This document shows, piece by piece, positions 50,803 to 64,000 of a stretch of DNA of 64,000 nucleotides; the stretch's first letter is position 1, and each line of letters starts with the position of its first letter. A program made the translations under genes and the position numbers. The DNA is from Pecten maximus (Eukaryota): NCBI RefSeq assembly GCF_902652985.1, contig NC_047019.1:11780001-11844000 (forward strand), given 5' to 3'. Under the pieces are notes generated by a model. It was not told where the DNA came from. It searched no databases and saw only the letters and a program-made list of their open reading frames with translations.

Positions 50803-51992
50803 TACGATGGCCGATATCGGACGGACAAAACAGTGTTACTAGTAGTACGTTTTTGTCAACGAAAAATGTACGTACATATTGTGTGTCAAAAATATCTACT
50901 GCTAGTAGTAGATAAATTTGTACACAAAAAGTGTACGTACAAATCCTGTGTCAAAAACCTGTTACTAGTAACACATTTTTGACACAAAATTTGTACGTAC
51001 ATATTTTGTGTACAAATTTATCTACTACTTCTAAATATCAATTAACATTCTTTCCTATCTTGATTGATCGCCTTGTGGTAGTATGTTGACTGCATCCGAT
51101 AGAAATACGAGTAAATAATTAACTTTTGTCGCATTCGCACGAGGAAACCAGATATAGTTCGGTTTCGAGTGATACCATTCTTCCATTACGTCCGCTGGCT
51201 GGATATTCTGTTTTTACTTAACGTCATACTGTAAAGCCAAATGCTTTAATGTTAACATTTCAAGATCTTAACAGTTTTCAGACTTAGTATATATCTAATT
51301 ATCGCGAATTAAAAACTGGAAGAAAATATGTATTTATAAAAATAAATGGGTTATTCCCAAAAATAATAACTGGGTCCGACAGACCAAGTTTCTAAGCGAA
51401 ATAGTCCTATAATGCAACGAGCGTGTTATCAGTCTATACAAAATGGTGGAACGCCGAATGTTTAAGCCTGTCAAAATACAGACCGATTCTGCCAAAACAC
51501 AGACCGATACTGCCAAAATACAGACCGATTCTGCCAAAAAGAAACGTCAAAGGGACTGTAATCGGCAAAACCCGAGTATTTCCTATGAATAGGACATGAT
51601 TCAATGGAACTTAGCGGGAGAGGTTTTAGGTTATTTGGGAGTATGTGGCTTTAAAATCAAGCAGATCTTTTGGCTCTGGCTTTTATTATCTTATCAGGCA
51701 AAATCAGCATACGACCGCATGGTAATCAATCAAGAATAAAAGGAATGCTAATTGATATTTAGAAGTAGTAGATAAATTTGTACACAAAATATGTACGTAC
51801 ATATTTTGTGTCAAAAATGTGTTACTAGTAACAGGTTTTTGACACAGGATTTGTACGTACACTTTTTGTGTACAAATTTATCTACTACTATAGCAGTAGA
51901 TATTTTTGACACACAATATGTACGTACATTTTTCGTTGACAAAAACGTACTACTAGTAACACTGTTTTGCCCGTCCGATATCGGCCATCGTA
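50803..51992. mobile_element. Non-autonomous TIR DNA transposon, IS3EU-like, with ~270-bp TIRs
   Basis: Termini TACGATGGCCGATATCGGACGG...CCGTCCGATATCGGCCATCGTA with long, near-perfect inverted arms. 6-bp TSD GTTTAG (50797-50802 and 51993-51998). No transposase ORF. Confidence 0.88.
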
Positions 51993-52482
51993 GTTTAGCT
52001 TAAGAGACAATTCCTCCCAGAGGCAGAGGGGCGGGTCCCAATCAGAGAAGTCAAAACTGGTTATCATTATCGAGATTGAATGCTTTTCAACATAATTGAT
52101 TTTGATCTTTGAAACCATAAAGCTTAATGTTAGTTAAAAGAATGTGTTGACTAGAGTTCATTGGTACACTGAGTGACAGATCTAAAACTGGGGAAGTATT
52201 TGTAAAATCCAGGTGAGCGATACAAACCTGTTAACGTTAGACGCTTATAAGTTGACGTGTAGCGTGTCTTGATACAGGGGAAGTAACTCCTATGGAAATT
52301 TGTACCATTACAGCTGCATTATATGGATATTGTCACCAACACCAGTGATTATGACTATATACACGTGCACATTGGTGAATCGTAGGATTGCCAATAAATT
52401 CCTAAGTTTGAATCAAGTAGTTACTATTTTCTTTTCTTTCGTTTTCAGACTGAAATTTTGTATATTTTCACATTTTTTCATA

Positions 52483-53540
52483 TTTTTAGGTCATCTGTGC
52501 GCCGTGCGCCGTGCGCCGTCCGTAAACTTTTCATATTTCAATCTTCTTCTCAAGTTCCACCACTGGGATTAAGATGAAACTTGCCAGAAATGATCCTGAG
52601 ATGATACTGACCAAGAGTTGTTATTTTTCGGGTCGGTCCGAAATCAAAGATGGCCGCCATAGCCGCCATCTTGAAAAAACACATTTTAAACTTCTTAAGT
52701 TCCATCAGTGCTATTGAGCTGAAACTTGCCTGAAATGATCCTGATATGATACCGACCAAATGTTGTTATTTTTTGTTATTTTTCGGGTCGGTCCGAAATC
52801 CAAGATGGCCGCCATAACCACCATCTTGAAAAACACATTTTAAACTTCTTCTCAAGTTCCACCAGTGCTGTTGGGCTGAAACTTGCCTGAAATGTTCCTG
52901 ACATGATCCCGATTAAGTGTTGTTATTTTTTAGATTGGTCTGAAATCCAAGATGGCTGACATATCCACCATCTTGAAAAACACATTTTAAACTTCTTCTC
53001 AAGTTCCACCAGTGCTGTTGGGCTGATACTTGCCTGAAATGTTCCTGAGATGATCCTGATTAAGTGTTGTTATTTTTTAGATTGGTCTGAAATCCAAGAT
53101 GGCTGACATATCCACCATCTTGAAAAACACATTTTAAACTTCTTCTCCAGTTCCACTGGTGCCATTGAGCTGGAAATTGGTGAGGATGTTAAGGAAGGAG
53201 GGCCAACAAAGTGTTGTTATTTTTCGGCCTCGTAAAAACTTTGACATGACAGCAATGGCGGCCATTTTGTAACATGATTGCGCAATAATGGTTTTCCTGA
53301 ACAACATCTATTTCAAACTTCTTCTCAAATTCCACTGGTGGGATTCAGCTCTAACTTACCAGAAATTATCCTTAGATGGTCCAGACCAAGTGTTGTTATT
53401 TATTGGGTCGGTCGGAAATCCAAGATGGCCACCATGGCCAACAGTGCCACTATATACTTGCTACAGAGAATGCATACTACAATAATATAAGGGTTTTAAT
53501 ATAGAGTCAGATGACCGTTAAGGCCCCTGGGCCTCTTGTT
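52483..53540 (+). mobile_element. Helentron-associated non-autonomous element (HINE-like) with ~120-bp core repeats
   Basis: 5' TTTTTAGGTCATCTG, (GTGCGCC)3, then about 7 core repeats (cttcttctcaagttccacc..tgttgttattttt..aaatccaagatggc). 3' CAGATGACCGTT plus the hairpin AGGCCCCTGGGCCT, then CTTGTT. Confidence 0.8.
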
Positions 53541-54941
53541 AGATATAACTACATGTAAATAGATTTTTGTCAATGTTTCTTTATTACAATATTTATAAAT
53601 TTTATGGCAGGAAAACGGAATTTACTTGCAATTCTGAAAAGTTACTACAAGAATGGTCATGGGTATGGAATGCGGTCACTGGCACGGGATGCGTTTTTTA
53701 TTTTGTTGATGAGAAATACCATTATACATGTAAATTAACTGTGTGTATCACCATTATATTTATAAGTTTGTTTTTTCTTTATTCATATTTGTTCTTCCAA
53801 TAAGGTTTTTCCCTCATCAATTAGGATTAATCATTTCTATCTTTTTATGAGATATTAAATTTCATGTATATTTGTAGGGTACTTAGGATTTATATACATT
53901 TGTCATGCTATTATGTGTTATGAATACTTATAGTCAACAGACATCTATGTTTTTCTCCTTTTTCATCTGAGCATTATTATTGTTACATTCTTTACACTAT
54001 TATAGTGTCGCCCCGACCCGGGTCGACGCGAACACATATCGGATCCTCATGCATCTTCTCTTATATTTCCTCCAAATATCTTTTTCCAGTCGACCTGGTT
54101 TTTCCTTTGTTCTTTTTCTGTTCCTAATACATCTTTGCTTTTCTCTTTTCTCAAATTTCTGTTATCTCTCTATCTCTTCCTACCCAACAAAACTGATTAA
54201 TCGGATGGTGCATTACTCTTATGAATATGTAGCTACCTCTGGCCACCTTCACACGTATTTCTCTAGTTATTATTTTTATCCTCCTTAGTGGGTTGTTGCA
54301 CTGATACGTGGAGGTGTTCCATTGGTACATTTTACTGCAAAACACATGGTATTGGTAAAAGGTTATACTTTACCGGCAAGTGTGATTCTTTTTTGGATGT
54401 TTAAAACAGCTGTGTATTCAAGTGTACTTTTCATTTATCTAACATGTATGCAAGTCTTTGTGAAGCAGAACAGTATAGTTTTTCTTTTATTACTTAAATT
54501 TGTGCTGTCATGTGATGACTTTGACAGTCGTGGTCCGACTGTATGTAATTCTACACCTCCTTATTCAAGTAGATATCAAAATCAAACTGTTAACTTTGAC
54601 CATTTAAAAAAGTGTATTAATTCACTAATTATGTTTGTGTTTTTATGCTTTCGAAATACCCAGATTTAGACTTTCTGTTATATGGTAATCAAGAAATGTC
54701 TTTGAATATTAATTATGAAGTATTCTTATGTGTTCAACATTTCATAAAGGACAGTAACAGGTTTTAAGAAGTCAATCGATTTATATATTAAAGTAAAACT
54801 TGTATCCATTGTGTCTTAAATGAGAATGTTTATCCTTACAAATTGTTTGTTATATGCGTTATACGTTATTGAATGTATACCATTGTTGCTTGTGTTATTT
54901 TGTACATTTGTTTTTCTTTTTTTATTGCCCATCCATTAATT

Positions 54942-55010
54942 ATCTCTCTCCCCCCTCTCTCTCCCCCTCACTCTCTCCCCCTCTCTCTCCCCTCACTCTC
55001 TCCCCCTCAC

Positions 55011-55053
<43 letters not shown>
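54942..55053. repeat. CT-rich microsatellite
   Basis: (CT)n and CTCTCTCCC runs. Confidence 0.95.
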
Positions 55054-55058
<5 letters not shown>

Positions 55059-55485
55059 TTTCTATAAAAATAAAAATCTATTATTTAATTCTAAATATGT
55101 ATTTTATAGCATTTTGTAATTATTTATATGTCATTGTGTTAGGAGAGGGCGTTTATAAGTTGTCATAACTTGTGCCCAATCCTGTTGTACATTTGTTACA
55201 ATAAAATACGTTTAAACTCAAACAAGAATATTTATGAAGAACCCATTCCGGCTTCTTCACGTTATTGGAAGGTTTCAAAAGATGTTGAAAATCATTCTAT
55301 TATGGGTAGATCATATATTCATTGTGGCGATATCACCTACCTATTTAGTGATATCACTTTAACGATTGGATGGTGTCTCTATAATGAATCAGTGATATCA
55401 CCTAATCTTAACGTTAGCTGAAAACGCTCTTTCACAATAATTGTTGATATGTTAACGTTCTTATTGTAGCAAAGAGAAGATCAGT

Positions 55486-58400
55486 ATGTTCCCGGTACAG
55501 GTGAGTACTAAGCTTTGCTACCTGGTCTAACATGTGTATATTAATCCCTCACTTTTCGTCTTAATGTCATTAATGAGTACTTTTCAAAGAAACCGTCGAT
55601 AAAGACCATAGCTTTTTAAGTGGCGATATACCATCCAATTTTCAAAATCAACAATATGTTAATTGAAATATCACCGCAATATCATTAACACAATAACGTA
55701 TTTGATTTATATCAATATTCCCGATTCATATTAAAACAAGTAGAAAAAAGGTGATACTGCACGTTAAGTTAGGATACGAACCCTGTTTATCTTGTATTCT
55801 CCAAATGTTTTGTTCTGTTATGGTGTCAGTAGAAATGCATGTCTTCCTGTTGTGTAGTCCTGGGGGAGGGGGAGCTATTTTTTTTTATTTTTTTCATAAT
55901 GAGTCACTCTTTCAAAATCTACTGAAAAATAACCAACTGAAATCAATCATAATAGGCGATTAGTACGCATAGGAATATCATACACATTTTTGACACATAA
56001 TAATGCAATATTAATGTTTGGTAATAAACTTCTGCATTTAAAGGCATCGTCGGTAAGAAATCCAATCAGGTTGATACCGGATGAGTATCCCTGGCAGCGT
56101 TGTACTCAACACGCACATTACTTGGTAAGTCACATTACATGAGTGTAAAAGTAAGCTCAAGTCCCAATGCATATCTTACTGTAAAGTTAGGATCAAAGTT
56201 CAACTGCCATCATTTCAAGTGATCTAATCTAGTCGCCCTTTGTCCTTTGACATGCGTCGTGCGTCGTCCGTTCTCAGAAACCTTTGAACTTGAACCAATT
56301 TTATAAAATGATATGGTCCCTACCGACCATGAACTGAGTGGTGAGCAAAATGGGGTCAAATTGACTGATTGTTTTTTAAATCTGCCTAAGACTCAAACTA
56401 GGTAGAATCAAATACTCGTCGGAGGTCTTAATGTGCATTATCAATATCGTGAATTTCATGATCCTCTGGTCTCACGTTTGCCCCATGGGAGGGGATGCAT
56501 TTTACAATAGTTATATAGGGAAATCCATCATTTGTTTGGAATAAATTCTAATTTGGTTAGAATTATCAGCATTGGATGACAGTTTGGTATGCATATGTTG
56601 GCCCTGATTCACCCCTAGAGGTTCATGGACGGACCCCAAAAATGGCCAAATGACTTCAATTTCTAAAATCTTCTTCTCATGATCCAAATAAGGTAAAATC
56701 AAATACTCTTTATAGATGGAAGGGTCTTAAGGTGCATTGCCAAATCTGTGAATTCCATGACCCAGAGACCATGCGTTTGCCCCTAGGAAATGGGGGTTAA
56801 CCTTTACTATAGTTTATATAGGGAAATTACATTTTGGACTATCATTTGCTGAATTTCTATTGAAAAGGCGGGGCCTATAAGGATGTAATTGGCTGATAAG
56901 GTCCAATAGGCTTCATGTTATCAATGCAATTATTGACACAGGTAAGCACACCTTACTAAAACACATCAGTTAAGAAAACAAATGCATTTTTGCGCTACTT
57001 TAAAAATCAAAATACTCGTCATTCATTGTAACAACGACAGGCAAAACAATCCCACAACTGATTGAATAGCAAGACAGCTTCTTCCAATTCGGAGTTGTCC
57101 TGGAATTAAATAAAATATATTTCTACGATAACGTAATAGTTTATTCCATTTCGGTGAGATATTTTAAACATGTTGTTTTGGCCTGCATAATAATTTATAA
57201 AAAAAGATCGAAGTTTAACGAAGCAGGTCCAAAAATCACTATAAATGGAACTATTAAACACATTTACGTAACAGACGTGTACCCATAATGTTAAATTTTA
57301 CAAGCCAACCAATCACTTCAATGATGTTGAGTCACGTGACCCGTTTTACGACGTCTTTACGACACAGAAACACGAGTTTTGTACAATTTAGGTGGAAAGT
57401 CTCCCGCGGGACGCGGTTTCACTTCAAAGTCGAAAAACGTGTTGAAAGCGGTTAATATATGAGCAAAAAAGCCACGATGCAATGACAGATGCATACATAT
57501 ATTAACAGGTTTCAAGTTTGAAGTAAAACCACGTCCCGCAGGGAACTTGCCCTCAAATTGTACAAAACATATGTTTCTGTGTCCTTCGTGTCTCAGCCTC
57601 ATTAATGTGATTGATTGGAATGGAAACTTGCAATAATAGTATAAGTTGTCACATGATTGAGTTTTACCTCCATATATAGTGATTTCTCTGACCTGTGAAG
57701 TGTAAACGTCAATTTCGTTAGTAAGGCCAAAAAGAGAGTACACGCCGGAAATGTAGATACAATGTAGTACTAGTTACACGTCAAATTTTGTTATCTTACA
57801 AACATCAAGGACAACGTTGTGCCTTTATGCCTATAGTTCCAGAATTAAATCGGAATAAAAAACACACCTGGACATGTTTATGAGACAGGCCTGGCGTCAG
57901 CCATCTTTGCCAGCCAATACTTCATAATACGAAGTTTTGATACCTTGGCAAGTGAAAATAGGAGTCCTCGGAGAACAATAATTGTCAACTAGTAGAAAAG
58001 TAGAACATTTAATGCATACATTTTGTATATGTAATTTTTATATTTTAGATTCAATTTCAATTACCCTGTTGCCATAATGTGTGTGTCATGTGCCTTACTC
58101 ACCTGAACAAGTATTTCCACACTTGTGATGCCATCAGTCACTGCAGCTATGGAGGACTTATACCAATGCGACATATTAATGACTGCATATTGTATTATGG
58201 AGAGGAGGTATAAGAAACTTAAAACTAAATAGATGAATTTACACATATAGTATTTAATATATATCCAAACTAAATGTCGATGATGAAAAAACAAACAAAA
58301 CAATAAGAGTATTAAAGAGATATAAAAATGACATGTTGTTCGGAATATAACGATCAATTTTTAGATACCTGTGAGCATTTCTTAAACTGATCGCGATTTA

Positions 58401-61400
58401 TTTTTGCGAGATCAGCTGTAATACGAAGATCAAATTAAATTGAATTGCCTGTAGTAACGCAATCTTATGCCTCTAATGATAAATTCATATTAGATTTAGC
58501 GAAATATCCTTATCCCTCCTACTAGTTTTTTTTTTCAATTTCAAAACATGTTTTATTTTGTTCGCAGACTAACAACTTGCGCTCCATCAGTATCACGACT
58601 GAGCACAATGGCTGCTATTTACGTCACAATTCAAAGGTACATGTATGTGTCTATTTCACACCTGGCTTGGCTATTAGTGCAACGGTGTTAACCGGAGACA
58701 TTTTATAGTGGTCCGTTTCTAATGAAGACATTTACACCTTACTAGATTTGAAATAGGTAAGGTACTTTCCATTCAAACTATATATTATCCAAAATGTGAA
58801 ACCGCTGCATATGCAAGATACACGAATTCCGTGTAGAACAATCAGATGAAATATTTCCCATATTCAGCATGTACATTCCTGGCTTTGGTAATTATAACAA
58901 TAATGACTTTACCAACCTAAAGAAAGGACAGCTTAAAAGTGTCCTTATGATGTCACGATTCGGATCACGTCATCACGTCATCACTATATGCCGTGTTACC
59001 ATATCGTAATAAATTGAGCAACGTCACCAGCTTTGTCGAATATTTGCAACATCCGAGATGGTAGGGTGTAGTAAGTTATTGTTTGGAATCTTAACGACAG
59101 AAAAAAGGTGTTGAATTTTTTTTATCAATAACCTCTATGTGTTACAGAGATATATTAAACTTCAGGAATACTTTAATTAAGGATATTCCCGGGATATATA
59201 TACCCCTGTTTATATCACGTAGGGTTAACCATAAAATTTCTATAATCTTCATCAAAATACATCGCTCGAAACTATCTAGTGTACTAAAATCAATTTCAAG
59301 TTTTTAAGGACATAGCTGTTATATAGCAACACATCATCAATATGTTAAATGTCTAAAAGTGAAAATAGATGACCAAGCAAGGTCTTTTTTAAGGTGTTTT
59401 TTTTTCTATAAGCTATTTAATGCATTCGAATGAAGACAACTTAAACAACAAAGGTGCAAAGTTTTGCTTCTCTTGGTATGTTAACTGTCTGTAAGAAACT
59501 TGAATGATCTAGCTACCCAACTCAATAGGAAAAAACATCGCTAACTAGACACTCAACTATTCTCATGATTACCGTGGGTCGGTGTTTCAAACTATGGTTG
59601 AGTATGATTCACAACTATATACTTGTCCTACTTGAAAACTAAAATATGTCATAAGTTGATCTGGCCCAGTTGTTCAAAAGGTGATTAGCTTAATCACTTG
59701 ATTAGTGAAAATCTCATTTCTCCTTTACTTAAAAATCTGTGTATGTATATTCCTTAAAATAGAGACTGATGAGTGTTATAGTTTCATAAAATGTTGTCAA
59801 GTTAGTTTTACAAGAAATGATTTTATCAGGTTTTTAAATTTGTTGTTAAACTGTGATTAGCCTAATCACCCTTTGAAAAACTGGGTCCTGAAGATTATAT
59901 TGTCTTGTTTGTAGGTCCAGATACGATTGTTGTGCGGTCAGAAGTACTGTATGAAATGTCTCCGGGAAAAGTTATCTGCAACGTGGTCATCTGAATATAA
60001 AATTTGTGAAAAATGTACGGGTCTTATTGGGAGACCTGAAATTCACGACTGGATGGAGGAATTGAATCGAATGGTAGGTACACAAATTAAAGCATTGACT
60101 CGATTCTAAACAATGAAGCTAGTACATGGCTCACTGTACAATTTGTTTGTTACAAAATGTAAAACTTCTAAACGTTATTAACGCAAGGACCTTAATAGTG
60201 TTAATGTTATGATTCATTAAACAAGTAATTCTTTTTCTTTTATTTATACAATGATAATTAAAAATTGCATGACATTGGCTGGATTAAGAAACAATGGGCA
60301 ATTAGCAATACGTCTTTCGTTTGCAAAATTATGCAAATGATGTATAGTGATTCTGTTCCATTTTTACAGCAAACAGCATTGGTGCATGAATGGAGACTTA
60401 TAAATAGTGAGGAAGTTTGCGAAAAGCACAGACACAGAAAGGTTCGTTTGATAGATACAACAGAATAAATAAATCCTACAAATTATACAATATTTGCTAG
60501 GTGATAGTTATTTCTCTCAGATGAAATATTTGAATGATAAAATATCGCTTAGCGATTTACAGTACGACACATGCAATTAAATTACACATTACACATCAAA
60601 TTAGTTGGATGTACAGTTTTATTATATACAATAGCGTATGTTGATAAGCTGGTGGCAGTGTTGTGTTTTATATACTTTGTAAGTATTGGTGTACGAATAT
60701 GAATTTGTATTGGTATTAGCAATCGTGTACATGATTGGCTAATATCATCATGTAGGCATTTTCGTGCTGTTCAACCTTATATCATCAAATTATCTTTCGG
60801 GAGATTACATTTCGATGTATTGGTAAGCAGCTTGATATATTTTCCTGCTTTCGAAGCTTTCAAGTCCGAATAGAGCACGTGGTCAGGCATGGATATTCCA
60901 TTCGCCATTTGAATTAAACAAGTCAGTGAATATGGTATCAATCCGGGGATGCAAACATAGGCTGTAGATAGGGATGTTACACTCAAAAAATGAATATTAC
61001 AATTAGAACATTGAAATCTGCAACTTAAAGGTAACATGTCCGCGTAGTTTATATCTCAAATAAAGAGCAACAATTCCCACGAATTCGTCCCCAGTATATA
61101 CATATATAAGTTTCATCTTAGCCTTTGTTGAGGTTTTCATCAAACACTCTTGAGTATAATTAACAACCATATACTTTTTTCGGTATTGGTTTTTTCCAGA
61201 ACTCTCATAAATGAACATAGCAGATATATAGTTTGTCTTTTCTTTTCAAAGGTACAAATAAAGATGTTGTGCGATACTGTATAGCATGTTTACATATAAT
61301 GAAATATAAACCACGTATCTGTGAAATGTGTTAAGATTGTATTCAGTGACTAGAAATAACAAGGCAGTCACGGAAAACAGCAGTCTCAGAACATTATATT

Positions 61401-62735
61401 TTTCTTGGCCATTGAAATCCTATGTTTATATTCTAAACACCATGAAGAAAATTATTGGTATTCCTTCAGTGATAGTTTGTTAACTTGCATGAAGATATAT
61501 ATATCAAATTATATGATAGTAATTAAAAATCATACATGTACGGTGTGTAACATGACATGTCTTTCATTTACGAAATTGATCAAATGATGCCTGGCAATTC
61601 TATTTCATTTTTCAAGGAGACCACATCGTTTCACGAATTGAGCTATTTAGATAGTGAGGTAGATAGCAAAGAGCAAAACTGCAGATAGCTTTTGTTTGAT
61701 TCATAAATATTGATGTGGCATAAATGAAGTAAATCCTATTAAACAACTTTACTTTGTGAAAAGGCACGGTGTGATAAAGGATAGTCAAAGACACAAGGTA
61801 TTAGCACCTTTAACACATATTTACAGATAAAAAAGTAGAGCCAATAGTGAAATAAACTGTATGTAATACCATCTAAGCCTTTACTAATGACTATGTTACA
61901 TGCAATCAAAAATTGATATCTTACCCTTTGTCCGTTATCCCGGTCCGTTCCTAAGTCGTCCATCATCCGTCAGATCTTTTAAGCAGGGCTTCTTTAGTCC
62001 GTAGCTGTGCGCACTCGATTTTGGGACTGAATGAAACAGTATTATGACAGAAAAGTTACCGTTTTATATTTTCATATTTGAAATTTGTTAAAGCTATTTC
62101 GAAAAGCGTTTTTGCTGGATCATTCTTAGATTTCACATATGGGTCCCTTTTGTTATCAAATATATATGATATGTAAACGACAGGATCCCTATGGGATTTT
62201 TTGTTTATTTTTCCAGAATAAAATATATTTGAGAATGGCTTTAATTTATTGTTATATAACCCGTATTGTAAACCTTCGTAATTTCGGTTAAATAGTAATC
62301 AAAATGTCATATCTAAACAATATCATTGTCATCGTCCTAAAACTTTATGTTGTAGGTGTGTTTGAAACTTTCATGCGGAAGACCACTTTGTCTTGTATGC
62401 ATTAGGTCTTTTATTCACATTATGGATACCCCGTTTGAAGGAAACCGACGAACCAGTATAAAGTGCAATTATTGTCATCTTTTTGTCGAACGGAGTGAAA
62501 TCCTGAAATTGCTTAAAGAACTTCCAAAGGTAAATCTACGTCTTTTAGATTAATTTGCAAGTAAGAAAAAATAGATCTATTGCGAAAAAAAGTGATCAAA
62601 TAATATTCCAACTAATAAACCGCTTTCTCTCTTTACACACTGTATAAGGAGTGATTGAGTTGACCTTACTTGAAAATAAACCTTTAATGTCATTTACAGG
62701 GTCAACAATCACTATTAGCTCTGTGGAGCTTTTAG
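55486..62735 (+). CDS. Gene 4: protein of three tandem RING-like zinc fingers, ~254 aa (putative E3-ligase-like protein)
   Basis: All exons are phase 0: 55486-55500 (MFPVQ), 56044-56124 (..CTQHAHYL), 58049-58207 (IQFQLPCCHNVCVMC..), 58568-58636 (..CYLRHNSK), 59915-60073 (VQIRLLCGQKYCMKC..CEKC), 60370-60441 (..CEKHRHRK), 62356-62529 (VCLKLSCGRPLCLVC..CNYC), 62700-62735 (GQQSLLALWSF*). The first and last exons are the least certain. Confidence 0.7.
56230..56870 (+). mobile_element. Degenerate HINE-like copy related to 17900-18920, in opposite orientation
   Basis: A GCGTCGT microsatellite is followed by reverse-complement matches to the 17900 core (gaatcaaatactc, gtgaatttcatgaccc, cacgtttgcccc, actatagtttatatagggaaat). 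Confidence 0.65.
57361..57582. repeat. Inverted-repeat (hairpin) element, MITE-like
   Basis: About 70-bp imperfect arms: GACACAGAAACA..GTTTTGTACAATTT..GCGGGACGCGGTTTCACTTCAAA versus TTTGAAGTAAAACCACGTCCCGC..AAATTGTACAAAAC..TGTTTCTGTGTC. Confidence 0.7.
59663..59888. mobile_element. MITE (PIF/Harbinger-like termini), ~225 bp
   Basis: TIRs GGCCCAGTTGTTCAAAAGGTGATTAGCTTAATCAC / GTGATTAGCCTAATCACCCTTTGAAAAACTGGGTCC. It sits just upstream of exon 59915. Confidence 0.7.
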
Positions 62736-64000
62736 TGTGACGCCACGAAGAGAACAAATGTGGGTTTTTTTCGAATTTAATATCTCCTTTAAATATATTT
62801 TAAATTAGATAACGTATTGAGCTATTTTGTGATTGAAATTACATTTAGAATCGTAAACCAAATCGAAGCAACATAAATACCAATGTACATGATATGAATG
62901 TCTGAGGCCAGCGTAAGCAATCATTTCGTTTGTATTCAGAAGTGTGCCTGATGTTTTTAGTTAATACTTACTACAATAAACATCTGAATGGGCCTGATAA
63001 TAAGTTGGCTTTAACAGACTTATTTTAACTGAAAGTACTTTCACTTAAAGATGTTCATATTAAAAACACCATATTTTGCTCGGAAACAGTATTCATTAGG
63101 CTTCGATCACTGTATGCAAGTTAAACTTTGGGAGAGTTTTGTTTTTGCTATATTCGCGAATTCTGAATAAATTAACATAACACTGAGGATATCGAGATGT
63201 GTCAAAGGACCGTATTGTTACTCTGAAATACATTATTTTAAAGAACATGTTAATAAAATCAGAAATAAAAATTGGGATGTGAAATATGTTCCGATACTGA
63301 ATAAATATCGCTTACCTGCTCGGTCATGTCCTTTCTTCAATACATTTATATTTAAGTCATGCAGCAAGATACGTGGTATAATTACAACTGTCTGTCTTGT
63401 AAAACAACAAAACACTGACTAAATTATCCATATTCTAACAATAGACTAGACAAAATCCAAACCAGACCAATTAATTGATTTGAAATAATTCATATTACTA
63501 TGGTATACTTAGAAGATACCAGTGTGTTCCTTCGAGTGAAATAACTGATGCATGACGGCAGTTGGGACCGTGTATAAACAACGTCGGATTCTCACACACA
63601 TTGACAAGCCGTGAACCCGTTTCAAAACGGACTTACAATTAAAGATAATAATGCTTTGTAAAGCGAAATAGAATAAGATTACTAATAATGATATTGATAT
63701 ACACGAATATATATCGCGATACCGAAAATATGTTCCGAAAACGCAAGCGCGAAATATTTATACTGCGAATTCAAATCTCTATTCAGTATATAAAATCTAA
63801 TTACAGGCAAATAAACAGAATGTGTATCTGCAAATTCTTCTTATACGTATTGAAATGGGTTTAAGAAAAAGCAATGCCCGAACCTATAAAATATCCTATA
63901 CAGGTATGTTTACTAGTAACAAAACACTGTTCAATTCGGTTGATGTCCGAAAGAATACGACGGGAATAAACCCGAATTGAGTCACGTGACTGCGAGTGAC

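Noticed and set aside
54854-55168. SL/SP-repeat ORFs
   Set aside because: They are products of the CT microsatellite.

Overview
AT-rich, intron-rich eukaryotic (metazoan) DNA. The repeat content (tRNA-headed SINEs, Helentron/HINE-type elements) suggests a bivalve or other mollusc, but this is inference only. The ORF track shows little. Splicing GT-AG exons by hand gives four phase-consistent multi-exon genes forming a ubiquitin-system cluster. Three tandem minus-strand paralogues encode USP (peptidase C19) deubiquitinase domains, most like USP16/USP45, with identical intron positions but different N-termini: (1) C3HC4 RING + USP (3697-12469, ~472 aa); (2) C2 domain + long low-complexity linker of duplicated exons + USP (16427-39310, ~1000+ aa); (3) QGTSNDKQQL-repeat tail + USP (41495-~48366). 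A fourth, plus-strand gene lies head-to-head with gene 3 and encodes three tandem RING-like domains (55486-62735). All three 5' regions carry clustered ISRE/IRF-type motifs, including the identical 12-mer GAAAACGAAAGT, and two also carry kappaB-like sites. This suggests an IRF-inducible invertebrate ubiquitin writer/eraser cluster. Introns and intergenic DNA hold two non-autonomous IS3EU-like TIR elements with 6-bp TSDs, HINE-like elements, SINEs, MITEs and minisatellites. All gene models are hand-built and need RNA-seq confirmation.
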